Shown here: positions 1-13,866 of the stretch, piece by piece
Layout: each line of letters opens with the position of its first letter
Position numbering within the stretch: position 1 is the stretch's first letter
Origin: Polyangiaceae bacterium
GTDB lineage: Bacteria; Myxococcota_A; Polyangia; Polyangiales; Polyangiaceae
NCBI GenBank assembly: GCA_044376115.1
Contig: JBILLK010000032.1
Location: forward strand, 52,580-116,579
Direction: 5' to 3'
Length of the DNA: 64,000 bases
Program-made: the position numbers and the translations under genes
The notes under the pieces: model-generated
Told to the model about the DNA's origin: nothing
What the model saw: only the letters and a program-made list of their open reading frames with translations
Database searches by the model: none

Positions 1-1
1 G

Positions 2-643
2 GAGATCGTCATGCTCTTGCCCGAGGACGAGCTGCCGGACGCGATGTTCGTCGAGGACACGGCTGTGATCGTGGGCGATCGTGCGCTCATTACCCGACCG
101 GGTGCTCCTTCTCGGCGTGGGGAGACGAGCTCGGTGCGAGCTGCGCTTGCGACGCGCTTGGAGGTGGTCGACATGCAGCCTCCGGCGCAGCTCGACGGCG
201 GCGATGTGCTGCGCGTCGGGGACGCGCTGCTGGTAGGCCTGTCCCAGCGCACCAACCGTGAGGGCATCGACGCCCTGCGGGGCTTCGCCAGCGAGCTCGG
301 CCTCTCGACCCACACCGTCGAGCTCCACGCCGGCCTGCATCTGAAGTCGGCGTGCTCCTTGGCCGACGCGAGCACCTTGCTCGTGTTTGAGGGCGCGTTT
401 CGCCTCGGAGCTCTCCCCGCGTTGGATGTCGAGGTGCTCAAGGTCTCCGAGCCTGCGGGCGCCAATATGCTCGCGTTCGACCGCCGCGTGCTGGTCTCGG
501 CTGCGGCCCCACGCACCGCCGAGCTCTTGGCGAACCGGGGTCTTCGGCCCATCGCGCTCGAGCTCTCGCAGATCCACGCCGGCGACGGGGCGCTCTCCTG
601 CTTGTCCTTGCGGGTGGCGCCGCCGGGGCACTGGGTCGTTTGA
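2..643 (+). CDS. ddaH: N(G),N(G)-dimethylarginine dimethylaminohydrolase (amidinotransferase superfamily), 5'-truncated by window edge
   Basis: Motifs PDAMFVEDTA, SRRGE, LDGGDVL, HLKS and C-terminal LSCLS (catalytic Cys); frame is open back to position 2. Confidence 0.88.
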   Translation, partial: EIVMLLPEDELPDAMFVEDTAVIVGDRALITRPGAPSRRGETSSVRAALATRLEVVDMQPPAQLDGGDVLRVGDALLVGLSQRTNREGIDALRGFASELGLSTHTVELHAGLHLKSACSLADASTLLVFEGAFRLGALPALDVEVLKVSEPAGANMLAFDRRVLVSAAAPRTAELLANRGLRPIALELSQIHAGDGALSCLSLRVAPPGHWVV

Positions 644-686
644 GCCTGAAGAACGCTCCCCGCAGCTGTTCCTGCAAAGGCCGCTG

Positions 687-1751
687 TCAGCGACGCGGCT
701 TCTTTGCTGCCTTCGCCACCGACTTCGCCACGGACTTCGCCACCACTGGCTTCTTTACCGACTTTGCCACCACTGGCTTCTTTACCGACTTTGCCTTCGA
801 CTTCGGCGTGCTCGGCTTTTTCGTCGAGAAGTTCTGCTCGAGCCAGGTCAGCAGATCGGGCGCCGCGAGCGAGCGGGCGTCGTCGTCATGGTAGACCGAG
901 ATGATCTGCCCAACCTTGCCACCCTTCGACGGGGAGAGGTCGAGCATCTCGCCATTGCCACCGGCGTCGCTGCTGATGGGGATCCAATTTCGATTCCAGC
1001 GCTCGGCTCGAACGCCTTGGTCGGCCTCGACGTCATCATCGTCGTCGAGACTGTCCGCGACTTCTTCCCAGCTCGACCATTCTCGAGCGATGCCCTCGAG
1101 CGGGAGCAGTCGCCGATCACCAAAGATCGGAGCCAACTTCGGGCCGCCGTCGTGGGCGAGATAGAACGCGCGCGCCTCGATCGGCAGTGTGACGCCCAGC
1201 TTGGACTCGAGCGCCGCGATCGCAGCTTCGGTCGCGCCGGATGGCAGCTTGACGCCGCACTTCGAAGCGAGCGCGTCGATGCGACCGATCTGCGCGACGG
1301 TCGCCGCCGGGGTCTGCACGGGCTTAGATGACGCGACCTTCTTCGCAGCGGCCTTGCGGACGGGCGCCTCGACCTTCTTGGGCTTGGCAGGCGACGCGGC
1401 GGCCGCGACCTCGTGCGGCTCGACAGCCTGCCACTTCTGGCGCTTCGCGCGCTCCTTTAGGTCGACCATCGTCACGTTGACGACGATGGTGCGCACGGCC
1501 TTCGGCGCCACTCCTGGCGCAAAGAGACGCTGCGGTAGGCCGAGAGACTCGATCTGCGACTCCAAGGCCTCGAACACGGCGTCGCGGGTCGCCTTCAGCG
1601 CTGGCTCCCTGGGCAGCGGAATCGCACCGAACCAGCGGCGGTCGAAATACATGCCAAGCCCACCCGACAACGAGGGGTGAAGCTTCGTCACTTCGTTGGC
1701 GAGCGGGAACACAAACGCGAAGGGCTTCGAAGAGTCCATGAGCGGCGACAT
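687..1751 (-). CDS. SMI1/KNR4 family protein with unknown N-terminal domain and Lys/Ala-rich C-terminal tail
   Basis: GATEAAIAALESKLGVTLP..RAFYLAHDG and WIPISSDAGGNGEMLDLSP..G.VGQII are typical SMI1/KNR4 blocks. Confidence 0.8.
   Translation of the reverse strand: MSPLMDSSKPFAFVFPLANEVTKLHPSLSGGLGMYFDRRWFGAIPLPREPALKATRDAVFEALESQIESLGLPQRLFAPGVAPKAVRTIVVNVTMVDLKERAKRQKWQAVEPHEVAAAASPAKPKKVEAPVRKAAAKKVASSKPVQTPAATVAQIGRIDALASKCGVKLPSGATEAAIAALESKLGVTLPIEARAFYLAHDGGPKLAPIFGDRRLLPLEGIAREWSSWEEVADSLDDDDDVEADQGVRAERWNRNWIPISSDAGGNGEMLDLSPSKGGKVGQIISVYHDDDARSLAAPDLLTWLEQNFSTKKPSTPKSKAKSVKKPVVAKSVKKPVVAKSVAKSVAKAAKKPRR
709..795. repeat. Coding tandem repeats (27-bp and 12-bp units) encoding KSVKKPVVA/AKSV tail
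   Basis: gccaccactggcttctttaccgacttt x2 plus gacttcgccac units seen directly. Confidence 0.75.
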
Positions 1752-1823
1752 TTATCAGGTGGGCTCGGCGCCGACCACCGCCGCGGACAGTCGCTCAAGC
1801 GACGCATCCGCTTGGCCCGCCCT

Positions 1824-2441
1824 TCAATCAACGACGCACAGGGGCGCCACGATGATGCCCGCCGTTTGCCCAGTCAGGAAGTTGAGATCGAAGCTTGCTT
1901 CCACCCAACCCCCTTCCCCGACGCTGATGTGCTCGAACGAAACGGTGCCCGAGTCAGCGCCGAAGCCTGCGCCTTGGCACGAGGCTGGGACGTCGCCGGA
2001 CCATGCACTGACGACGCCGTCGCCGATCTCGTAGCTGCCCGGTTCGAGCCCGGTAAGGTTGAGCTCGAGCCGAAAGTGCGGCTCGTTCCCGCAGTCTCCG
2101 ACGGTGCTTGCTGCGCAGAATTCGGGGACGTCGGTGACCACCACAGCGAGCTGGTCTTCGCCGTCGAAAACTCGGTGAAAGGCAACTGCCGACTGAATGG
2201 ACTCCGCGAAGCTGTGGCCATTCACGGTCAAGTCCGCGCTCAAGTCCCAGCTGGCCTCAGGCGTGCCCATCGCTCCGCCAGCGCCGCTCGCGTCCGTCCC
2301 ACCCGCCGTACCTCCAGCACCTCCGACCGCTCCTTCGCCCCCCTGCGCGGGGCTTGCTCCTGAGCCGGAGGACTCGGACGCACCATCCGTGCAGCCCAGA
2401 AGAAATGCGAAGGCCGTAGCTCCAATCGAAGTTCTGATCAT
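1824..2441 (-). CDS. Hypothetical lipoprotein
   Basis: Signal peptide with lipobox LLGC, Gly/Ser-rich linker, beta-rich C-terminal domain. Confidence 0.7.
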   Translation of the reverse strand: MIRTSIGATAFAFLLGCTDGASESSGSGASPAQGGEGAVGGAGGTAGGTDASGAGGAMGTPEASWDLSADLTVNGHSFAESIQSAVAFHRVFDGEDQLAVVVTDVPEFCAASTVGDCGNEPHFRLELNLTGLEPGSYEIGDGVVSAWSGDVPASCQGAGFGADSGTVSFEHISVGEGGWVEASFDLNFLTGQTAGIIVAPLCVVD

Positions 2442-2695
2442 GCGCGGACGCTAGAACCGCGCAGGCACTTCGGCTGCTTAATGCGACTTAATCCGCTCGC
2501 CAAGGAAGAGCCGATCAACCGCCGATCTTCAAAAAGGAAGCGCCGAAGACGGAAGCTTGATGCGGGTACGCGTTGGTCCGCTCGCTGAATGACTCGTGCC
2601 AAGTCGAGGGTCCAATCGGGCCTGCGGCCGTTCTTTTTGAAGAGGGCACGAGTCATTCTTGTTGCTGCATCCGCCTTCGGCGGAATGAGAGCCGC

Positions 2696-3085
2696 TCAGA
2701 TCTCGAGGTCGAACGCAGCGATGCGGTACAACAGCCGTCCCCGAAAGTCTGCGACGCTGCCGCGACAACGAGCCAAGGTCGTCCCGTCGAGCAGCGTGAC
2801 CACCTCGTCGTCCCCAAAGACGGCGCACACGACTGGTGGCCGCCCCATCATGCGCAAGACGTGAGCAGGGACCGCATCGATGGTGAGAACCTCGATCGGC
2901 AAGCCAAGCTCGACCTTACAGGACCGCCACTCTGCCTTGCTACGAACGCTGCCAGCCTCCACGTCGCGCGTGATCTGGCAGAGAACGCAGCCCTTGAGCA
3001 TCAAGAGCTGCTCCTCTTCGGAGAGGCTCGTGATGCTGCTCTTGAAAGGTGTCACCATAACGAGCTTCGTGATCTTTTTCGCCAC
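2696..3085 (-). CDS. Hypothetical protein
   Basis: 129-aa ORF with protein-like composition (C..C motif, PPVVCA, LARCRGSVADF); no family recognised with certainty. Confidence 0.55.
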   Translation of the reverse strand: MAKKITKLVMVTPFKSSITSLSEEEQLLMLKGCVLCQITRDVEAGSVRSKAEWRSCKVELGLPIEVLTIDAVPAHVLRMMGRPPVVCAVFGDDEVVTLLDGTTLARCRGSVADFRGRLLYRIAAFDLEI

Positions 3086-3373
3086 GTTGCGGATACGCGG
3101 CTCAGCTAGGCTCGTTTCACCCAGTCCGGGTGCGAGAGCGGATCGAGCGAAGCGAGGCGGTACACACCTCGAGAGACGGTCACCACGACCCCGCCGTCAC
3201 GCATCGCGTAGAGCGTCTTCCGGTTGAGATCGCGGTTCAAAATCCCTAGGCGCATACCCGCCCGCGATTGCGACCATTGCCCTCACAGTCGGGGCTACGC
3301 TGGCGGCGCTGGGTCGACGCCGAGCGCGCAGGATGAAAGGCGCAGTGCCGCCCGCGCGTGTCATTATGTCGCA

Positions 3374-3889
3374 ATGTCGAGTCGCCGATTGTTGGCTGGG
3401 TGCGCTGCTGCACTAGTGGGCTGCAGCGATGAGGTGCCGCCCGAGCTGCTCGGCACGTTCTCGTCCCGCGAAGAGATCGGAATGACCGGTCTGGGGTACT
3501 CGATGCACCTCACGAGGTTCATGATCGCGCCGGACGGCACGGGCGTCCGAACGCGGCTCGGCTCTTGTGACACGAGCGTGCTCGAAGATCCGTTCACGTG
3601 GGAGGCTCGTGACGGCGCCGTTGTCATCACCAATCCGCGCGCGGCGCTCGGGACGGACCTTGGCGTGGACGAGGTCCGGCTCGTGCTCACCGACGAATGC
3701 ACGCCTTACGGCTTCCAGCAGGTCCGGCTCGAAGAGGTGAGAGCAGGCGCGGTGGCGTCAGACACAAGGCTCACGCGCGGCAGCGTCTGCTTGGAGTCGT
3801 ACTCCGATGACTCATGCCCCGAGGGAGACGAGTGCGACGACTGCAAGATTGCTTGGTGCGATGAGCCCTCGGAGCCGTGCCAAGATTAG
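3374..3889 (+). CDS. Hypothetical Cys-containing lipoprotein
   Basis: ATG 3374 gives MSSRRLLAGCAAALVGC lipobox; Cys-rich acidic C-terminus. Confidence 0.65.
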   Translation: MSSRRLLAGCAAALVGCSDEVPPELLGTFSSREEIGMTGLGYSMHLTRFMIAPDGTGVRTRLGSCDTSVLEDPFTWEARDGAVVITNPRAALGTDLGVDEVRLVLTDECTPYGFQQVRLEEVRAGAVASDTRLTRGSVCLESYSDDSCPEGDECDDCKIAWCDEPSEPCQD

Positions 3890-4035
3890 GCGCTGATGTC
3901 CACGCGAACTCGTGCCGCGACGCCATCTTGAGCGTGTCGGCGGCGGTGCTGCGGCGACGAGGTCGAAGTGGCGCTCAAGCCGTTTGGAGGGCTCGCCGAA
4001 TGACGCTCCGTACCGTCGCACCGCCCGCTCCAACG

Positions 4036-5178
4036 TCAGAAACGCGGGTTCTTGCCAACGAAGCTGACCATCGCGCCGCCCGCGTCGGCGATGCGGCGGC
4101 AGGCACGGGCAAACATTGCGAGGCGTTCGCGTAGGAGCGCGTGGAGCGCGGCGTAGGAGATAGACTCCTCACCCTCGTCGATCGCTTGCGCGTCGAGCGC
4201 GAGCCAGTGTGGCGGGCAAGCCTCGGGTACCTCGCGCGCGTAGCCGCGCTCGAGCTCGGCGGCAAAGCGTCGCAGCCCCTCTCTCGCAGCGAAGCGGAAT
4301 GGTCCGACGCGGTCGCTCGAGGGTGGGTGACGGTCGTAGGTGCGCAAGTAGTCGTCGTGGAAATTGAACGACGCGTCGAACGGGGTCTCAGGTAGATCGA
4401 GCGGCGGGAACGACCAGGCGTTGCCGTCGCGCAGCTGACGCGCGACCGGATCGGTTAGTGCGTAGGCCCCTCCGAGACCTTCGTTCACCGGGAATGGCAG
4501 CGCGATGTCACGCAACGCGTTCTCAACGAGCTCGCTTGGCGATTGCTCGAGTGCCTCATGCGGCATCTCTTCGGGCGCGAACTCAACGGGCTCGCGATCG
4601 GGCCTCGCGTGGCCGACGCCGAGGTACGGACCCAGGTCCACGTCTCCCTCGATCCCCCAACCCTCGAGCAGGTGAGCCAGCTGAATTCCCTCAATCATCA
4701 CACGAGGGTTCTCGCGGTCGATCGGCTCTTTCACGAATGAGCGCGCAAGCTCCGACATCTCGAGCCGTGCGCGCACGAATTGAAAACGCTGGCGCGAGAC
4801 CAACCGACCTTCGACCACCGCAGTGCCGAGCGGCGGTAGCGCGAGCGGCGCATCCCAGCTCGCGAGTAACGCGCGTATCCGCGCAACAGTCTCCTCGTAT
4901 TGGCGCGTGGGCACCACGACCGTGGCAAGCGAGCGTTCGCGCTCGCGCTTAGAGGATTGAACGAAGTCGAAGCGAGCGAGCGGCGCGAGGTCCATCGTCG
5001 ATGCGTACACGCGCAAAGCATCAATGAGCGCGTCCACGAGCTCGGGCGTCGTCTCGAACGCGAAGTGGTGCCACGCGCTGTGGGGCTCGAACGGTGGAAA
5101 GGCAACCGGGTACACGTTGGCTACCCGGCCGTTACACATTAGCGGCCCCGAGCACAAGCCGCGCAGCTCCACCGGCAT
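4036..5178 (-). CDS. Hypothetical protein (start uncertain, may be about 60 nt downstream)
   Basis: 380-aa ORF with normal globular composition; no family recognised. Confidence 0.6.
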   Translation of the reverse strand: MPVELRGLCSGPLMCNGRVANVYPVAFPPFEPHSAWHHFAFETTPELVDALIDALRVYASTMDLAPLARFDFVQSSKRERERSLATVVVPTRQYEETVARIRALLASWDAPLALPPLGTAVVEGRLVSRQRFQFVRARLEMSELARSFVKEPIDRENPRVMIEGIQLAHLLEGWGIEGDVDLGPYLGVGHARPDREPVEFAPEEMPHEALEQSPSELVENALRDIALPFPVNEGLGGAYALTDPVARQLRDGNAWSFPPLDLPETPFDASFNFHDDYLRTYDRHPPSSDRVGPFRFAAREGLRRFAAELERGYAREVPEACPPHWLALDAQAIDEGEESISYAALHALLRERLAMFARACRRIADAGGAMVSFVGKNPRF

Positions 5179-5224
5179 CCGTATTAACCCTTAGCCCCCG
5201 GGTGCCGCTCTTACAGACGCACCC

Positions 5225-6115
5225 ATGTCCCTCCGAACCAAGTCGCTGCTCTACACGCTCACGAGCGTCGTAGCGCTGCTAGTCGCCTTTTCAGCCGTAT
5301 TGCGTTGGGTCGTCGTTGGAGGGTTCAAAGCCAGCGAAGAGAGCTCCACCGCTCGGCGCGTCGAGGAGCTGGAGAGCCTGGTCGGCACCGTGCTCACTGA
5401 GTTCGGTCAGCGCTTCGAGGACTGGAGCTCATGGGACGCCGTCAGCGACTTCTCAGCCACCTCCGATCCGGAGTTCGTCAAAGAGAACGTCAGCTACGAC
5501 AGTCTCAAAGTCACGCTCAACGTCCAGTTCATGGCGATCGTTCGCAGCGATGGGACGGTGGTCTTGGGAGCTTGGTGCGAGAGCGATCGGCCGGAGCTCG
5601 GGCCTTTGCCCAAGGAGCTACAGAGCGAGGTCGTCCCCGGCGGCCTCTTAGCCAAGGGCCTCGCGGAGAGTGGGCCGGCTTACGACGGCGTACTGATGAT
5701 CGCCGGGAAGCCTTACTCGGTCACCAGTCGTCCGGTCTTGCGCACCGACAAAACCAAGCCAGCCATGGCAGCGCGCTTCATCGTTGGCCGAGCGATGGAC
5801 GGCGCGTGGGTGGAACGCCTCGAACGCTTCTCGTTTACCAAGCTGAGCCTCACGCCCAGTAAAGAGCAACCAGCGCCCGAATCGACCTCGACGCAAGGGC
5901 GTTCGGCGTTGGCGCAGGGAGCGCGGATCGCGATCGTCCCGCAGGAGAACGAGGTTCACGGCTTCGTCGCGCTCGCGGATCTTCGTGGCGACCCGGCGGT
6001 GGTGCTCGAGGTCACGCGACCCCGCGATCTGAGCCACCACTCCGAAGCAACGCTCAACCAATCGACGGCCACCTCCGCGATCGCAGGGCTCCTGCTCGTT
6101 GAAGCCTTGGCCTAG
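5225..6115 (+). CDS. CHASE4-domain membrane sensor, N-terminal part of a disrupted sensor/CheA-like gene
   Basis: N-terminal TM helix, DWSSWD..F..EN CHASE4 motif; second TM helix is cut short at TAG 6113-6115. Confidence 0.75.
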   Translation: MSLRTKSLLYTLTSVVALLVAFSAVLRWVVVGGFKASEESSTARRVEELESLVGTVLTEFGQRFEDWSSWDAVSDFSATSDPEFVKENVSYDSLKVTLNVQFMAIVRSDGTVVLGAWCESDRPELGPLPKELQSEVVPGGLLAKGLAESGPAYDGVLMIAGKPYSVTSRPVLRTDKTKPAMAARFIVGRAMDGAWVERLERFSFTKLSLTPSKEQPAPESTSTQGRSALAQGARIAIVPQENEVHGFVALADLRGDPAVVLEVTRPRDLSHHSEATLNQSTATSAIAGLLLVEALA

Positions 6116-6748
6116 CGGCCAGCAGAAGGCGCGCTTTGGCGGCTGGCCGAGCACGCGGGGCGGCTCGCCAATCGGCTCAATAAGCCCGTTGCCGTTGTCG
6201 TCGAGCACGCTGGTGTTCGCATCCCGCCAGGCCCGCTGGACGGGTTCTGCGAAGCGCTCGTGCACGTGGTCCGCAACGCGATCGATCACGGCTTCGAGTC
6301 ACGCGAGGAGCGCTTGGCGGCGGGCAAATCGCCGATCGGCTCGCTGGAGCTTTTGACCCGCGTCGAAGGGCCGGAGACTCAACCGTCGCTCGTGGTGGAG
6401 ATTCGAGACGATGGCGCTGGGATCGACTTTGGTGCGGTCAGGCGCAAGGCGATCGAGCGCGGGATCCCGCTCGAGGACAACGAACGTGGGCTCAAAGAGT
6501 TGATGTTTGCCGACGGCTTCTCGACCCGCGATGACGTGACCGACACCAGCGGACGCGGAGTCGGGCTGAGCGCGCTCAAGGCCTCCTGTATCGCTGCCGG
6601 AGGAGCGTTCGAAATCGAAAGTCAGCGTGGGAAAGGCACGAGCTTCATCTTCCGCTTCACCTCTTCCGTGGTGCGCGACGTGTGGGCCCCAACCGTGCCA
6701 CCACCCAAAACCAACCCTGGTTTCGTGGTTCAGGGCGCCGCGAGCTAG
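6116..6748 (+). pseudogene. CheA-like HATPase_c domain, in frame with the upstream CHASE4 ORF past a TAG stop
   Basis: Same frame as 5225; reads RPAEGALWRLAEHAGRLANRLNK...LVHVVRNAIDHG, IRDDGAGID, FADGFST, SGRGVGL, GKGTSF (N, G1, F, G2 boxes of CheA type). Confidence 0.72.
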
Positions 6749-6841
6749 CGGGCGGCTTCACTGGAGAGGACTCGCAATCTTGCGACTGGGACTCGCATCA
6801 TCGCGTGCCCTCACCGCGCCAAACTGTACTAAGTCGCGGAT

Positions 6842-7405
6842 ATGAAATTCGCGCTCCCCCTCCTCACCTCGATGTTCCTCCTGCTCGGTTGCGGCGACGG
6901 TGGCGCTGGCGCCGCGAGCGGCTCGGCCGCAGCGAGCGGCAAGCCCGCCGGGTCGGCCAAGCCGGCGGCCAGCGGCACTGCCAGCGCCGCCCCGGCTGCC
7001 ACCAGCGCGGCACCGGCGCCTGCGGCGACCGCCGAGCTCGAGGAGGTCAAGAATGAGAAGATGGGCTACTCGCTGATGCTGCCCAAAGGGACGAAGAACG
7101 AAGCGCCGGATGAGGCCATCAGCGGCAGCTACGTCGTTGGAAAGATCGCCGTGCTGGTCACCGTTATGGGCGTCGAGGCGAAGAGCCCAGACGATCTGCT
7201 GCGTGGCCTCGACGAGAAGGGCGCCAAAGTCGAGAAGAAGACCGATGGGGATCTCTTCACCGTCCACTTCGACAAGGGCGACGGCATCGGTAACTTCCTC
7301 GCCACCCGCAAGGGCGCCAAGTTCCTGGTCCAGTGCCTCGGCGAGGCGAAGGACCTCGAGGAAGGCAAGAAGATCTGCAGCACGCTCAAGCTGCTGAAGA
7401 AGTAG
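6842..7405 (+). CDS. Hypothetical lipoprotein
   Basis: Lipobox LLGC, Ala/Ser/Pro linker, Lys-rich globular domain. Confidence 0.75.
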   Translation: MKFALPLLTSMFLLLGCGDGGAGAASGSAAASGKPAGSAKPAASGTASAAPAATSAAPAPAATAELEEVKNEKMGYSLMLPKGTKNEAPDEAISGSYVVGKIAVLVTVMGVEAKSPDDLLRGLDEKGAKVEKKTDGDLFTVHFDKGDGIGNFLATRKGAKFLVQCLGEAKDLEEGKKICSTLKLLKK

Positions 7406-7445
7406 TCCGGCGCAAGCTCCGGCGTGTGCTCAGATGGTCGGTTCA

Positions 7446-9056
7446 ATGAGCACACGCTTGGGCCTGTTGTTGCTGCTGGGCGTCGCTTGTACCGAAGCAA
7501 AGACCGCAGACTCGCCGCCGATCGCGCTCGGGCCACTCCGCGAGGTCATCAGCGTGACCGCACCGGTTGCGAGCCCAAGCTTGCAATGCCCGCCAGTTGA
7601 TTCGGCGGAGCTGGAGGCTGAGGAGGCCGATGAGCAGGCGCGCGCGCGCGCGAAGGGCCCGGGGGGAAAGCTGCTCCTAAGCGAGGTTGTGTTCGTGCCT
7701 GCGCCATCGACGCGAGCTGCGCCGGTTGCCGAGTATTCGCTCGGGGAAGTTCTGGTTGGGGTTCCGGCCCCGAAGCGCCCACCGTTCGATGGCGTCGGAC
7801 TCGGCTTTCGAAGCCTCGATTCGGACTGGTTCAAAGGGAAGATCGATCAGTCGCTCGAGGCGCCGCTCGCAGCCTACGAGCAGCGGGGCAAAGAGCGCAT
7901 GGACGCCGCTATGCTCTCCAACCGACTCGAGCGGCGAGCAAACGTGCTGCGCGCCTTTCCGGCGGAGCGGAGCGAGCAAGTAGCATGTGCGGAGCAGGAT
8001 CTCGCGGCCGCCAAACAAGCCTTCCTCGTGACCGAGAAAGCCAGAGACCGCGCGGCGGGCGAACTCCGCACGCGGCTCGACGAACGGCGCCAGAGAAACG
8101 CGCATGAGCGACTCCTGCTCGCGTATCTGCAGCTTCAGCTCGTGCCGGGCAACGACAAAGCGGGTCGAGCCAAAACGCTGCAAGAGTTCCGTACGCTGAC
8201 CAGCGACCCTTCGCTACCACCGGAGGATCGCGCGCGGGCCTGGCAAGGAGTAGCCGAGCTTTCGCACGAACCAACCGCCTTTAGCGAGGCAGCGAAGCTC
8301 ACGAGTGACCCTGCCTTCCGCATCGACATGCTGGCCAACCTGAGCGCAGTAACGCCTTTTGAACGGCGCGAACCAAAGTTGCGCGATTTGATCGCAGCCA
8401 TCGACCAGAGCGCACTCGAGCAATGGCGGCTGCCCGACGCACTTTCGGCTTTGGCGGTGATTCGTCAGTTCGAGGACGATCCGAACGGCGCGCGCGACCT
8501 CGCGTTGCGCTGCGTTTCGCTCGTCGATCCGAACGACGCCGACAACGTCTATCGCACGATGTGCAGCGAGGTCTTGGCGTGGGCGCTGTTCGAACTTGGA
8601 GCGCCGGCCGGCGTCGAGGTTCCGCTCGTAACGCTTGGGCCGCTGGCGTTAGCGTTGATGGACGAAGCGATAGGTCACTTCGACCGCAAGGCGGCGCGTC
8701 ACGTAGGCGAACTGTTACTCGCGCGGGCACCGCTTGCAGTCGAGACGCCCCAAATCCTCGAACGGCTCAAGACGCTGTCCGACGAGTCGCCCAAGGAGCC
8801 GCAGTTAGTCAACGAAGAGTTGGGCCTGCGAGCAAGCCTCACCGTCGAATGGTGCACGCATGAATTGCCGAGGCCCCAAAAGGTCCCCGCGCTGTCGGTT
8901 CGCGTGGATACGACTGGACCACGCACCAAGCTCAGCGTTACGCCCAACGGAAATAAACCGTTCACCCGCTGTCTCGAGCGACAAGCCGCGCTCTTCTTCC
9001 GTGGCCTCGGTCCGAGCCGCATCCGTTTCACGCTGACGAGCCCTCCGGAACCGTAG
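7446..9056 (+). CDS. Hypothetical helical-repeat lipoprotein
   Basis: MSTRLGLLLLLGVAC lipobox-like start; long Ala/Leu-rich helical region. Confidence 0.6.
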   Translation: MSTRLGLLLLLGVACTEAKTADSPPIALGPLREVISVTAPVASPSLQCPPVDSAELEAEEADEQARARAKGPGGKLLLSEVVFVPAPSTRAAPVAEYSLGEVLVGVPAPKRPPFDGVGLGFRSLDSDWFKGKIDQSLEAPLAAYEQRGKERMDAAMLSNRLERRANVLRAFPAERSEQVACAEQDLAAAKQAFLVTEKARDRAAGELRTRLDERRQRNAHERLLLAYLQLQLVPGNDKAGRAKTLQEFRTLTSDPSLPPEDRARAWQGVAELSHEPTAFSEAAKLTSDPAFRIDMLANLSAVTPFERREPKLRDLIAAIDQSALEQWRLPDALSALAVIRQFEDDPNGARDLALRCVSLVDPNDADNVYRTMCSEVLAWALFELGAPAGVEVPLVTLGPLALALMDEAIGHFDRKAARHVGELLLARAPLAVETPQILERLKTLSDESPKEPQLVNEELGLRASLTVEWCTHELPRPQKVPALSVRVDTTGPRTKLSVTPNGNKPFTRCLERQAALFFRGLGPSRIRFTLTSPPEP

Positions 9057-9114
9057 CGGCGCAGCTCTCATGACGCTGTCGCCGACCGCCAGCAGCAGTT
9101 AGGTTCAGAGCGGG

Positions 9115-12965
<3,851 letters not shown>

Positions 12966-12970
12966 CGCCG

Positions 12971-13813
12971 ATGCCGGTTCTACTTCCGAGCGAGCATCCG
13001 GCGAGTAACTTGCGCGGCAGCGTGGAGCCTGGAGCGGCTCGCGCGCTGCGCGTTGGCATCATCAACATCATGCCGCAGCTCGAAGCGTACGAGCCCATGC
13101 TGCTGCGCTGGTTCGCCGATACTGCAGAATTCGTGGAGCCGGTGTTCATCCGACTGGAGACGCACGGCTACGCCAGCAGCGACGCCGAGCACCTGCAGCG
13201 TTTCTATTGCTCGTACCGGCAAGCGGGTGCGCTCGACGGGCTCATTCTAACCGGCGCGCCGGTGGAGGAACTGCTCTTCGAGCAGGTTCGCTACTGGGAT
13301 GAGCTCACGTTGATCTTGCGCCGCGCTGTGCGTGAGGTGCGCAGTACCTTGGGGTTGTGCTGGGGCGGCATGGCCATCGCCGCCCAGCTCGGCGTGCCGA
13401 AGGTTCTGCTTCGCAACAAGCTCTTTGGCTCCTTTCGTTATGAGGTCTTGGAGGGGAACCTCGTTCTGCCACGCGACGCTGTAGGCACAGGGCTATGCGC
13501 GCAAAGTCGACACGCCGGCGTCGATGAGAGCGCGGTGGAGCTCGCAGCAGCAGCCGGCCAGCTGCTTCCTCTCGCGTGGTCCGCCGAGACCGGCTACACC
13601 GTGCTTGCAAGCCCGGACTATCGCTTGCTCGCGCACCTAGGCCATCCGGAGTACGAGGCGGCTCGGCTCGTCTTCGAGTACCAGCGGGATCTCAGCCTCG
13701 GCCGTGAAGACGTACCACCCCCTCGAGAGGTTGAGGTCGCTGCTCCGCGAACGACGTGGAAACAGGACAGCGATCTCTTTTTTGGCAACTGGCTCCGCCT
13801 GCTGCGATCGTGA
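12971..13813 (+). CDS. metA: MetA-family homoserine O-acyltransferase, probably acetyl-CoA dependent
   Basis: INIMP, DGLILTGAPVE, YWDEL, LGLCWG (catalytic Cys), SRH, GHPEY; starts 5 nt after metY; GAPVE carries the Glu associated with acetyl specificity. Confidence 0.9.
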   Translation: MPVLLPSEHPASNLRGSVEPGAARALRVGIINIMPQLEAYEPMLLRWFADTAEFVEPVFIRLETHGYASSDAEHLQRFYCSYRQAGALDGLILTGAPVEELLFEQVRYWDELTLILRRAVREVRSTLGLCWGGMAIAAQLGVPKVLLRNKLFGSFRYEVLEGNLVLPRDAVGTGLCAQSRHAGVDESAVELAAAAGQLLPLAWSAETGYTVLASPDYRLLAHLGHPEYEAARLVFEYQRDLSLGREDVPPPREVEVAAPRTTWKQDSDLFFGNWLRLLRS

Positions 13814-13866
13814 CAACGTAGCCGGCGCCGGGAAGGTTCCCCATCGCCCTCCGTTTCTGCAACGCG

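Noticed and set aside
6113..6115. Pyrrolysine or genome-wide TAG recoding
   Set aside because: TAG terminates intact genes here (e.g. argS, thrA), and the locus also lacks its central domains
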